The translations under genes were made by a program, and so were the position numbers. From the IMG/VR virus record IMGVR_UViG_3300023070_000001, positions 1 through 64,000 of that record: a DNA stretch of 64,000 nt; one strand, given 5' to 3'. The stretch is from a virus. Lineage: Duplodnaviria > Caudoviricetes. The notes under the pieces were generated by a model. That model did no database searches. It was not told where the DNA came from and was given only the letters and a program-made list of their open reading frames with translations. Position 1 is the stretch's first letter. Every line of letters begins with the position of its first letter. Below, piece by piece: positions 22,692 through 30,881 of this stretch.

Positions 22692-22809
22692 GTAAGAGTA
22701 AAGTGAAAGGAATTGAACCTTTCCAGCGGGTGCCCCCAATTTGGCTTAGCCTTAGTACCATACCTAAGCAGGAATCGAACCTGTTACTGCCATTTACTTC
22801 ACTCTTTAC
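22692..22809 (-). ncRNA. candidate RNA with two T-arms
   Basis: CAGG-TTCGATT-CCTG and GAAAGG-TTCAATT-CCTTTC inside a long closing stem. Confidence 0.5.
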
Positions 22810-22810
22810 G

Positions 22811-22883
22811 TGGAACCGGACGGATTCGAACCGTCATCCTCCTGATTGCAAAACAGGCGCTCTACCGTTGGAGCTACGATCCC
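22811..22883 (-). tRNA. tRNA-Ala(TGC)
   Basis: G3-U70, canonical cloverleaf. Confidence 0.92.
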
Positions 22884-22951
22884 ATAATGTAAGTGGGCCG
22901 TCACCGCCAGGTGTCTGAGCTATGTACTCAGGAACATCACTTACATCTACT

Positions 22952-22980
22952 ACCTTACACCATGTCTTACAGGCTGTCAA
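22952..22980 (-). promoter_or_regulatory. promoter TTGACA-N17-TAAGGT
   Basis: Consensus match. Confidence 0.8.
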
Positions 22981-22988
22981 GTACTTAT

Positions 22989-23198
22989 TTAGTCCTCGTC
23001 AGCCATGTTGTCATCCCAGCACTTACTGTCAACACCCGTAATCAGAAGTTCACGAGTATCAGCGGATAGCCCAGGAAAGGCAACCTGCACAAACTCACCT
23101 GATTTCCACTTGTTAAAGCCATCCTCAGGTAGGTCGATCTTCTTCGACTTACCACAGAACATACACTTCTTAGTGGTGTAGCTTACTGTCTTGGTCAT
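22989..23198 (-). CDS. CxxC-containing conserved phage protein, probably leaderless
   Basis: ATG lies 7 nt downstream of the -10 hexamer; AFP.LSAD.RELLITG motif. Confidence 0.75.
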   Translation of the reverse strand: MTKTVSYTTKKCMFCGKSKKIDLPEDGFNKWKSGEFVQVAFPGLSADTRELLITGVDSKCWDDNMADED

Positions 23199-23204
23199 GT
23201 AAGT

Positions 23205-23233
23205 AGCTTATCCTACTCTGTCAGATTCGTCAA
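23205..23233 (-). promoter_or_regulatory. promoter TTGACG-N17-TAAGCT
   Basis: Consensus match. Confidence 0.75.
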
Positions 23234-23365
23234 GTACTACAGGAGAGTACAGAAACCATCTTTACTCTTGTGACCAGGGCAACCTTGTGCCTTGCATCGA
23301 TACTTGCCCTTGCGGTGTGCTCCACCCTTGGGCTCTTCCCTCTTATCTTTTGCCATGAGATGAGC

Positions 23366-23989
23366 TTACTCTACTGTGGAGCCTTCGTCAACGGGGTAGA
23401 CATCATAAATCTTGAAGTTCTCATGAACCTTGCTAGCGGTAGGGCCGCTCTGGTTTTGGTAGTGCGAGCCAGCAAATCTAGATCCATAAAGAATAGTAGA
23501 TGGCTGAGGTAGCTTGAAAAAGCATAACTGAGCAATCTTCATTCCAGGATACAATAGGATTGGTGTAGTACCGTTATTAGATAATTCTAGTGTAACAGTT
23601 CCCTCAAACCCTGGATCGATAAAGCCAGCAGTCGAGTGAATTTGTAAACCTAATCTACCTAAACTTGACTTACCTTCACACCTTGCAGTTATATTAGCTC
23701 CTAAAGCAATAGCCTCATGAGTTGAAGCGAGAATAAAGCTATCAGGCTTTATCTCAATAGCTGAACCCTTGGGTACGGTAACAGCTTGGAAATGATTAGA
23801 GCTATCTACTTTAGGATCTATTACATCATTGAAGGCTAGGTAATCAGGGTGAGTACGCCTCTGTACTAAAAATTCGCAGCTCAGAGTTACATCATAACTA
23901 GATGGCTGCATTAATTCAGGATGGAAGGGCTCTATGACAATATTGTCAAATCGCTTCTCTTCTAAGATATCTCTATTAGATAATAGCAC
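23366..23989 (-). CDS. dcd: dCTP deaminase
   Basis: QPSSYDVTL, EGKSSLGRLGL, AGFIDPGFEG, TLELSN, Y.G.YQ.Q.GP. Confidence 0.95.
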   Translation of the reverse strand: MLLSNRDILEEKRFDNIVIEPFHPELMQPSSYDVTLSCEFLVQRRTHPDYLAFNDVIDPKVDSSNHFQAVTVPKGSAIEIKPDSFILASTHEAIALGANITARCEGKSSLGRLGLQIHSTAGFIDPGFEGTVTLELSNNGTTPILLYPGMKIAQLCFFKLPQPSTILYGSRFAGSHYQNQSGPTASKVHENFKIYDVYPVDEGSTVE

Positions 23990-24080
23990 TCATGTCTCCC
24001 CATGAAAATAGAGACCTCATCGACAGGCACCATAAAAGGTCTCGGCTAAATACAGCACCCTAGAGCTTGGTCTCTATTTT

Positions 24081-24455
24081 CTATTTAGTATGGCCTGCTT
24101 GAATCATAAGTGTAGCAATATCTTGACCATCTGGCAAGGTTACTGACGCTAATGTTCTTCCCATAGTAAATCCATACGACACAAGAGAAACAATTGTCCC
24201 TTGAGGAATTATTGCTTTCAAGTATGAAGTAGCTAATTTAGAGCGGGCCTTATCCTTAGTCTCAGGAGCGTCATACCACCCGCCATCAGGTAATGTAATT
24301 CTGATAGAGCAGTGACCTGGCTCACCTTCATCTATAGGATAGATCCTAACACCCCAGCCTAAATCTAAATATTCCATAGTGAATGTATCACCATCATGAA
24401 CAGATTTTACTGGACCTACAGCTACACGGACTCGTGTCTTGCGTATTTCTGACAT
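24081..24455 (-). CDS. thermonuclease (SNase-like) family protein
   Basis: VHDGDTF..LDLGW, DAPE, GRTLA motifs. Confidence 0.8.
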   Translation of the reverse strand: MSEIRKTRVRVAVGPVKSVHDGDTFTMEYLDLGWGVRIYPIDEGEPGHCSIRITLPDGGWYDAPETKDKARSKLATSYLKAIIPQGTIVSLVSYGFTMGRTLASVTLPDGQDIATLMIQAGHTK

Positions 24456-24595
24456 AAAAATACTCCCATCTATGTGATAGGAGTATCGGTTAAATATAGT
24501 AGGCAGTCCTGAGAGCATAGCACTCTACCAATCGGGTTTCCTCTACACTTCTGTAAGGGCTTCAGACTTTTCTCTAGTGCTAGACCTACTATAAG

Positions 24596-24675
24596 AGCCC
24601 ATAAGCGGAATCGAACCGCAGACAATTAGACTCGTTTTGCAGACGAGCAGCAGCCACCAGCTACTTTTTATAGGC
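24596..24675 (-). tRNA. tRNA-Cys(GCA), U73, slightly enlarged variable loop
   Basis: CT-GCA-AA loop, GCCTATA/TATGGGC acceptor. Confidence 0.85.
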
Positions 24676-24806
24676 ATTAAAATAAGGCTCCCCCGCTAAC
24701 GGCTGAGCGACGGAAACTTTCAAGGCATTAGCTTATCCGAATTCAGCATATCCTTGACCGCTAGGTTCCCTTATTTAAGATTTACCCTTATCTTGTAATC
24801 ATAAAG

Positions 24807-24881
24807 AGCCGTCAGTGTGGCTCGAACACACTACTCATCGCATACCAAGCGAGGGCTTTAACCTGATTAAGCTACGACGGC
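24807..24881 (-). tRNA. tRNA-Thr(GGT)
   Basis: Canonical cloverleaf. Confidence 0.88.
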
Positions 24882-25074
24882 AAAACCTAAGGATATCTAT
24901 TTGTGTATTTGATATCAATCTGTTAAATAAAACCTACAGAATAACTTAGGTAGTTGTTGCAAAGATTATGGTCTCTGTCCTTAGCAGCTTTGTCAGAGAC
25001 TTGCTGGGGATCGCTATAGCATACATAAGCCCTTCCCCTCCAGCGACATTATCCGGTCTGCATAATCTATTGCG

Positions 25075-25145
25075 AGCGGATAGCCGGGTTCGAACCGGCG
25101 AGAAATGATTGGAAATCACTTATGTTACCACTACATCATATCCGC
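25075..25145 (-). tRNA. tRNA-Gly(TCC)
   Basis: Canonical cloverleaf, U73. Confidence 0.92.
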
Positions 25146-25217
25146 ATAAACGGTTTTTCAGCGGCGTACTAGACGTGGTGGGACTTGCTCCGCTGAGCTG
25201 CAACCGAAAATCTCCCG

Positions 25218-25288
25218 AGCGACATAGGGGAATCGAACCCCTGTATACTGCATGGCAAGCAGTCGCACTACCATTGTGCTAATATCGC
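25218..25288 (-). tRNA. tRNA-Gly(GCC)
   Basis: Canonical cloverleaf, U73. Confidence 0.92.
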
Positions 25289-25293
25289 ATCTT

Positions 25294-25479
25294 TCAATCT
25301 AGCAAAGTGCTAGAGCTTAAAAACATCCAAGCTTTAAATTCATTGCTTGTCATATTGTCTTCATCATGACGACGCTTCAATTCTAAAGCTGAGATACCCA
25401 TTCTGTCAAGCATATCTTTTACCAGAGAATCCCACTCGTCTTGAGTTAACTCAACTACATTAATAGGTTCATTACTCAT
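25294..25479 (-). CDS. hypothetical protein
   Basis: 61-aa ORF coupled to the upstream ORF. Confidence 0.6.
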   Translation of the reverse strand: MSNEPINVVELTQDEWDSLVKDMLDRMGISALELKRRHDEDNMTSNEFKAWMFLSSSTLLD

Positions 25480-25610
25480 ACTGTCCCCATATTTACCTTG
25501 CCTTTATTACACTTAGCATGGCACTTAAGTTCTTTCCATTTTCCAGGTTTTATTTCTTTTTGAATCACACCATAACCTTTACAGGTCTGGCACATTATCC
25601 ACTTGGCCAT
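25476..25610 (-). CDS. 44-aa CxxCxGxG zinc-finger microprotein after tRNA-Asp
   Basis: MAKWIMCQTCKGYG...CHAKCNKG; N73-C-ATG; the longer track ORF runs through the tRNA. Confidence 0.65.
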   Translation of the reverse strand: MAKWIMCQTCKGYGVIQKEIKPGKWKELKCHAKCNKGKVNMGTV

Positions 25611-25611
25611 G

Positions 25612-25684
25612 CGCTCCCGAGGGGAAGTCGAACCCCCACCTGTTGATTGACAATCAACTATGCTAACCTTTACACCACGAAAGC
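25612..25684 (-). tRNA. tRNA-Asp(GTC)
   Basis: Canonical cloverleaf, G73. Confidence 0.9.
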
Positions 25685-25788
25685 TTGACTGGACCGATAG
25701 CTCTTCAGCATGTTTTGATTCTGCTAGATTGGAGCCTAGCATACTCTCCACAAATATAACACCTGCTCGGTCCTACACAGGCTTAATG

Positions 25789-25861
25789 TATCCACAAAGG
25801 GATTTGAACCCCCGACCTCTTCGTTCGTAGCGAAGCGCTCTATCCACTGAGCTATGCGGAC
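25789..25861 (-). tRNA. tRNA-Arg(ACG)
   Basis: Canonical cloverleaf. Confidence 0.92.
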
Positions 25862-25937
25862 TTGATGTAAGCGATCCGGTAGTCTGCTCATTCGCGGCTT
25901 TCCGTCTTAAGGGCTTCTAACCTCGCTTACAAGTACT

Positions 25938-25966
25938 ACCTTACCTCATCGGTAAGTCTTTGTCAA
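25938..25966 (-). promoter_or_regulatory. promoter TTGACA-N17-TAAGGT
   Basis: Consensus match. Confidence 0.8.
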
Positions 25967-26084
25967 GTGGCTTATTAGCGAGATCGAGTAACCCCTGCCA
26001 CTATATGCAGAATACGGGTCCTCAGCGCACCTCGTTCCTCACAAGGTCGCCACACCTTGCTTCACTACCTCGCTAACAAATACT

Positions 26085-26113
26085 ACCTTACATCAACTCT
26101 AGCAGAGTGTCAA
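26085..26113 (-). promoter_or_regulatory. promoter TTGACA-N17-TAAGGT
   Basis: Consensus match. Confidence 0.8.
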
Positions 26114-26115
26114 GC

Positions 26116-28371
26116 CTAGGAAACTGCTGCCCATCTTGCGATGGAATCACCTGTTTGTGTACCAATAGTACCAGGTGCACTAGCTAATGTGGTAACTCCT
26201 GTATCTGCTGTAGCATACCTGAAGTTAGGAGCTGATAGTCCTGCATTCAGGATAGCAGATGATGAGCTTAGCGCACGAGAGAAGGTTGGTCCAGTAGTTC
26301 CATTGAACCAGAACCTAATTTTATACCAGTTACCGGGAGTAGTTACCTGTGCAGCTACTAGTGGATGAGTCTTAAGTCCACCTGTCAGCCATCCGTTAGT
26401 ACCTGATCCAGATAGATCAGATGTAACAGCACTAGCTGCAAGCAATACTCCTGAATCATCATGAAGCGTAGCAAAGCACTGACCTGATGTCAAGGTAGCA
26501 CCAGGAGTAGTAATATGGAAATGCAGGTTGGTTACTAATGCACTCATGATACGTAAACGAATGACATAAGTAAGACCTGAAGTAACTACTAAACCATTAC
26601 CCTGAACCATAGCAGGATCAAATGTCCATCCGCCATAGTTATGATCTGATGCTCTTACGTTAGCAGCATTAGCTACGGCCTGTAAAGCACTAATAGGCTT
26701 AGCTGAATCTGATGTGTTATCAACGTTGGCTAACCCTACCATAGACTTGGTAATACCTGCAACTGTTCCTGTAAATGTAGGGCTCGCAAGGTTAGCCTTT
26801 AAATCCAAAGCTGTTTGCTGCGCAGTAGATACAGGCTTTGCAGTATCAGCGGTATTATCTACGTTAGCTAGGCCAACCATAGATTTAGTAATTCCGCCTA
26901 CAGTACCAGTAAATGTAGGTGATGCAATATTAGCCTTTAGATTTAATGCTGTTTGCTGAGCTGTACTTACTGGCTTAGCTGTATCTGCTGTGTTATCAAC
27001 ATTAGATAGGCCAATAGCTGTTTTATCAACAGTCACCCAAGTACCAGGAGTACCAGCTACAGAACACCTCCACAAGCGCCCCAGAGTGTCCAGGACGAGA
27101 TCATTTAATGTCCAGGTACCTGATGCAGGTGAGGTGTTGGTTGCTGTGTAGCCACAAAAACGTAGATTACCTAAACCATTCTTTGCGCCAATTCTAGCCT
27201 CACCAGATCCAGCATCAATTACCTGCTCTTCACCGTATGCTGATGCACTGAAAGATGTCTTACCTACAAAGGTAGTTCCATCATTTCTCCAACGCTGGAT
27301 ATTAGTTTGTGTTCCTGAGAACCCGGGGCCAGCGAAGGACCCAACAATGATGTCACCATTCATTTTATCAAAATCAACAGCACCACCTGATGAGCGCATA
27401 CGAATACCAGAGCTGTTATCGCCCTTGCGGACAGTAATAGTAGAATCTACAATCTCGCCACCAGCTTTATCGAGCTTAAGAGCTAAACCACTAGTTAATG
27501 CACTTGTAGTTGCTAGGTTAGCAATATCAGCAGCTACTAAATAACTTCCTGCTGGCTGCAATCCATTAAGTGCTACCTGCAAACCTGTAACATCAGAGAT
27601 TGCATGGCTGTGAGATACAGGAGCATACACTCCCGCATGGTTATGGTTAATAGGTGCATATAAAGTATCGTGGTTATGACCTAGTGGTGAATAAGTAGCG
27701 TCATGGTTATGATTAACTACTGCATAAACTCCATTATGGTTATGAATTAGTGGAGCATATACAGCATCATAATTATGAGTATGGTCACCAGCAGCTACCT
27801 GATTAGATCCTACGCCTACAGGAAGTCGAGCTATTGCAATAGTACCAGATACAATAGCTGATGCTGCATGAGTATGACTAATCGGAGCATAGTTAACTAA
27901 TTCTCCAACTAAAGCATCAGCAACAGCATCCTCTACAACTGCACCAACAGATGCCTCTACGATTTCAGTAACATCATCCTCAGTAACAAAACCCATATGG
28001 GTGTGAGAATAAGCTGCATAAAGCCCTGACCCGCCTGAGGTTACTGGTAGTAGATCATTCATAAAGACCTCTCCACCAGGAGCGTTATATGGAATTACAG
28101 TCTGGAATACAGAGTAATCTCCACTAACCTTAGTCGATACAGTATAGCGCCACCCTACAGGAGTCCAGTCAGGGTCATTAGATGCCGGTAACTCTAATTC
28201 GAAGCTACCGTTTTCATCTAGAATAGCTGTCTTTGAACTAGGTACTACGGAAAATTCATCCTCTGAATAAAGAACGTATACCTTAGAAGTAAATGTGATA
28301 GAACCTGTCTCTGGCGTACCATCTAATTTCAGGTAGGTACCCTTGACAGTAATTATAGTTGGCAGCGCCAT
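26116..28371 (-). CDS. tail fibre / receptor-binding-like protein
   Basis: HxH..YAP repeats, three GL(A/S)NVDNT(A/S)D.AKP repeats, beta-rich C-terminal head. Confidence 0.8.
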   Translation of the reverse strand: MALPTIITVKGTYLKLDGTPETGSITFTSKVYVLYSEDEFSVVPSSKTAILDENGSFELELPASNDPDWTPVGWRYTVSTKVSGDYSVFQTVIPYNAPGGEVFMNDLLPVTSGGSGLYAAYSHTHMGFVTEDDVTEIVEASVGAVVEDAVADALVGELVNYAPISHTHAASAIVSGTIAIARLPVGVGSNQVAAGDHTHNYDAVYAPLIHNHNGVYAVVNHNHDATYSPLGHNHDTLYAPINHNHAGVYAPVSHSHAISDVTGLQVALNGLQPAGSYLVAADIANLATTSALTSGLALKLDKAGGEIVDSTITVRKGDNSSGIRMRSSGGAVDFDKMNGDIIVGSFAGPGFSGTQTNIQRWRNDGTTFVGKTSFSASAYGEEQVIDAGSGEARIGAKNGLGNLRFCGYTATNTSPASGTWTLNDLVLDTLGRLWRCSVAGTPGTWVTVDKTAIGLSNVDNTADTAKPVSTAQQTALNLKANIASPTFTGTVGGITKSMVGLANVDNTADTAKPVSTAQQTALDLKANLASPTFTGTVAGITKSMVGLANVDNTSDSAKPISALQAVANAANVRASDHNYGGWTFDPAMVQGNGLVVTSGLTYVIRLRIMSALVTNLHFHITTPGATLTSGQCFATLHDDSGVLLAASAVTSDLSGSGTNGWLTGGLKTHPLVAAQVTTPGNWYKIRFWFNGTTGPTFSRALSSSSAILNAGLSAPNFRYATADTGVTTLASAPGTIGTQTGDSIARWAAVS

Positions 28372-28385
28372 GAAAGATACCTCAC

Positions 28386-28439
28386 AATAAAAAGAGCGAA
28401 CCGATACGTCTATTACAATATCGGTTCGCTCTTTTTATT
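28386..28439. terminator. bidirectional terminator-like 21-bp inverted repeat
   Basis: AATAAAAAGAGCGAACCGATA / TATCGGTTCGCTCTTTTTATT. Confidence 0.8.
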
Positions 28440-28615
28440 TAGTTCTTAAAGATATGGCTTTCACTATGGTCTCTAGATACTTCATGTATTTCATGATCAT
28501 GGGTATGCCACTCTACTAGATATTCTATAGATTTAGAATTAGCTGAACTTGGCTTCATATAATGAGGTTTAGCAATCAAATGCTGTCTAAATTTAGCAAG
28601 CTCTTGTTCTGTCAT
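28439..28615 (-). CDS. 58-aa His-rich microprotein
   Basis: Hand-translated; coupled to the HNH stop. Confidence 0.45.
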   Translation of the reverse strand: MTEQELAKFRQHLIAKPHYMKPSSANSKSIEYLVEWHTHDHEIHEVSRDHSESHIFKN

Positions 28616-29073
28616 TATGCTTTCCTCTTATAAACATCTGACCAGTCAGGAACCTTTGGTGCGAACATCAAGGGCATTCTAGCCTGATCAGGAGTTCTGT
28701 CAGCCTTCCTGTTATTACATGGAGAACATGCAGCAATAGTGTTCTTCCAACTATTGCCTCCACCTTGAGCCTTAGGCTTTACGTGGTCGATAGTAGTTGC
28801 TTTACCTGCACAGAATGCACAAGTGTAGTTATCCCTTTTCAGAACACCATTCTTACTCCATTTAGGTTGCCTTTGATACCTCCACTGCATCTTTTGGTAT
28901 CTGACCAACCTAACTGCAACAGGGCGAAAAAAGTTCCCGATCAGCTCTTCAGTCTCTTCGATTACCTCCGCAACTTCACGAATAACCATTCTGATAGCGT
29001 GAGCTACAGATACGGTGTGAAGAACGGTAACACCATCTGTGTTATATACTGTTACACTTCCAGTTAACATCAC
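28615..29073 (-). CDS. HNH endonuclease (actinobacterial McrA-like type)
   Basis: RDNYTCAFC, TIDHVKP..QGG.NSW.N..AAC..CN.RK. Confidence 0.92.
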   Translation of the reverse strand: MMLTGSVTVYNTDGVTVLHTVSVAHAIRMVIREVAEVIEETEELIGNFFRPVAVRLVRYQKMQWRYQRQPKWSKNGVLKRDNYTCAFCAGKATTIDHVKPKAQGGGNSWKNTIAACSPCNNRKADRTPDQARMPLMFAPKVPDWSDVYKRKA

Positions 29074-29112
29074 CGCTCTCCCTTCGTTTAGTTGCGGTGT
29101 AATTATAGGGAA

Positions 29113-29142
29113 AGCCTAGCAGATTCACTAGGCTCCCGTCAA
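29113..29142 (-). promoter_or_regulatory. promoter TTGACG-N18-TAGGCT
   Basis: Near-consensus match. Confidence 0.55.
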
Positions 29143-29145
29143 GAC

Positions 29146-29457
29146 TTAAATCCTCGCTAGGTCTGCAAGGTACTCAGTACGGTCAGCACCCTGGGGGCGA
29201 AGTGAATAGATCGAGCTATCATTGATCCACTCACTAAAAGCACGCATAAGTTCCTGCTTGCTACCACGAATAAAGTCACTCTTTGACATTATATCTTCAA
29301 GAGGGCCAGTACATGAACAACCATTTTCAAATACCCAGTAATAGTAGCCAGTGTCAGCTTCCTTGAAGATAGTAAAGATATCCCACTCATAATCATAAGC
29401 TGCGGTCTGAAGAACCATCTCTAGTCCCCAGTCAGCATAATCAAAGTTGTAATCCAT
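29146..29457 (-). CDS. hypothetical protein (YEWD......G.YYW....GCSC)
   Basis: Recurring small phage protein pattern. Confidence 0.7.
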   Translation of the reverse strand: MDYNFDYADWGLEMVLQTAAYDYEWDIFTIFKEADTGYYYWVFENGCSCTGPLEDIMSKSDFIRGSKQELMRAFSEWINDSSIYSLRPQGADRTEYLADLARI

Positions 29458-29738
29458 TACAGTTTCCTTTCAATGTATACGCTCAGAGTTTCCTCTGCTG
29501 TTAAAAGTCCTCTATATTCCAATTCATACACAATAGCTGGAACTACCTGTACCCAGTAACCTTCAACGTGCGTACACCATGTTTCAGGTTCGCTACCTTG
29601 AGCTACTGTCCTTTCATATTCGGCTATATCCAGATACACCGATTGGGTGCCTTCCATGGCCAGAAGCCTATCAGAGGACACCCAATCAGTCAAGCTTAAA
29701 TCAGTGCTGGTGATCCATGAACCTGTGGCAAGAGTCAC
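29457..29738 (-). CDS. hypothetical protein
   Basis: ORF in an operon. Confidence 0.55.
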   Translation of the reverse strand: MTLATGSWITSTDLSLTDWVSSDRLLAMEGTQSVYLDIAEYERTVAQGSEPETWCTHVEGYWVQVVPAIVYELEYRGLLTAEETLSVYIERKL

Positions 29739-30810
29739 AACGACCCTCAGCTACAAGAAGAGGAATCTCTCCACCTGCACGCATAAGGCTATCTACAATG
29801 TGAGGCTTTACATCTGCACTGTTAGCGGCCTGAGTTACAGCCTGCATAAGTGAGTACATAGTAAGAGTATCCTCATTAACCATTGTACTAGTGATACGGT
29901 TACGCTCAGCCTGAGGAATCTTGAATGTATCAAATACGCCGCGAAGAGCCTCAACGGCAGTACCCTCAATACTCACATCAGTTAGAGACTGTACTGCATC
30001 AAATGAACCCTCAAGACCTGATAGCGCCTCATCAACTGCATCCTTAGCCCAATCAAATACTGCATCACCCTTACCAACAGCGCCACGACGAGACCAAACG
30101 CTATTACTAGCATTCATAGTATCGATAGCACCATTAGTACACCAGTAACGGAATAGGTAAGCATTGATTTCAGTCTGCTCATCACCGTTAAGTGAGTTCT
30201 TTAGCTGAAGACCTGCTGACCAGGTATCATTTTCTGTACCTGTATTCTGCATTACACGAATGTGCTCAGGAACGATAAGACGAAGGTGAGTCTGCTTAAG
30301 ATTATGAACAAACTTGTAATCTGCCCATACCTCACCGCTACCGTACTTCTTCTCAATAGCCTCAAGAGCAATCTCAAGGAAGCGAAGGTTTGAATAAGGT
30401 TGTAGAGCACCACGAGTAATAGCTGCTGCCTTACGATTACCTACAGCAAGGATCTTGAAGTCCTTACCAGTTAGCCCAGAATTGTACTGATGGTTAAGGG
30501 CATCTTCAATGACTTCAGCAGGATAGTTCTGTACGAACCCCTTAGTCATGAATGCCTCACCAGCTAGACCATAAAGAGAGTCAGGAGTTAGCTGAAGCTC
30601 AGTACCACTGACAGTAACAAAACCCTCTAGAGGTGCATCTGCCTGGGTAGCCTTTAGCTCATGATTGAAACCCTCAGTTAGCTTGAAAGCAACCTGGTTT
30701 CCACCTACCTCAAAATCATAGGCACGAACAGGCTCAGTAGCGGCTAGGGTTTCACGAACAGTGTCAAGCGTAAGTAGCTTATCTTTTACGTCATCGATTA
30801 GGATGGTCAA
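29701..30810 (-). CDS. DUF932-like phage protein
   Basis: GLQLKNS.NG...FRYWCTNG motif; TTG start after GGAG. Confidence 0.7.
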   Translation of the reverse strand: MTILIDDVKDKLLTLDTVRETLAATEPVRAYDFEVGGNQVAFKLTEGFNHELKATQADAPLEGFVTVSGTELQLTPDSLYGLAGEAFMTKGFVQNYPAEVIEDALNHQYNSGLTGKDFKILAVGNRKAAAITRGALQPYSNLRFLEIALEAIEKKYGSGEVWADYKFVHNLKQTHLRLIVPEHIRVMQNTGTENDTWSAGLQLKNSLNGDEQTEINAYLFRYWCTNGAIDTMNASNSVWSRRGAVGKGDAVFDWAKDAVDEALSGLEGSFDAVQSLTDVSIEGTAVEALRGVFDTFKIPQAERNRITSTMVNEDTLTMYSLMQAVTQAANSADVKPHIVDSLMRAGGEIPLLVAEGRCDSCHRFMDHQH

Positions 30811-30881
30811 AATATCTCCCTTAAAGGATGGATGGGTTGGACTTTCGCCCTTGCCCATCCATCCTATCAGAATCAGTGCGG

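Noticed and set aside
24510-24585. Second hammerhead-like pattern after tRNA-Cys (CTGAAGC...GAAA-CC..GGTA)
   Set aside because: A9 is C, and stem I is displaced from the core by a 9-nt bulge.
11506-25751. Minus-strand ORFs running through tRNA genes (11506-11745, 21734-21940, and the 5' extensions of 17101-17370, 21642-21830, 25476-25751)
   Set aside because: They overlap canonical tRNAs; the real starts lie just after the tRNA or at an RBS-led TTG.
1441-25861. HDV-like theta ribozymes at tRNA 3' ends
   Set aside because: Checked the trailers by eye; none gave a P1/P2/P3/P1.1 nested pseudoknot with a correct J4/2.
26690-27800. DNA repeats in the tail fibre as a DGR or CRISPR-like array
   Set aside because: They are in-frame peptide repeats (NVDNTAD, HxH-YAP); no reverse transcriptase or adenine-specific template/variable repeat pair.
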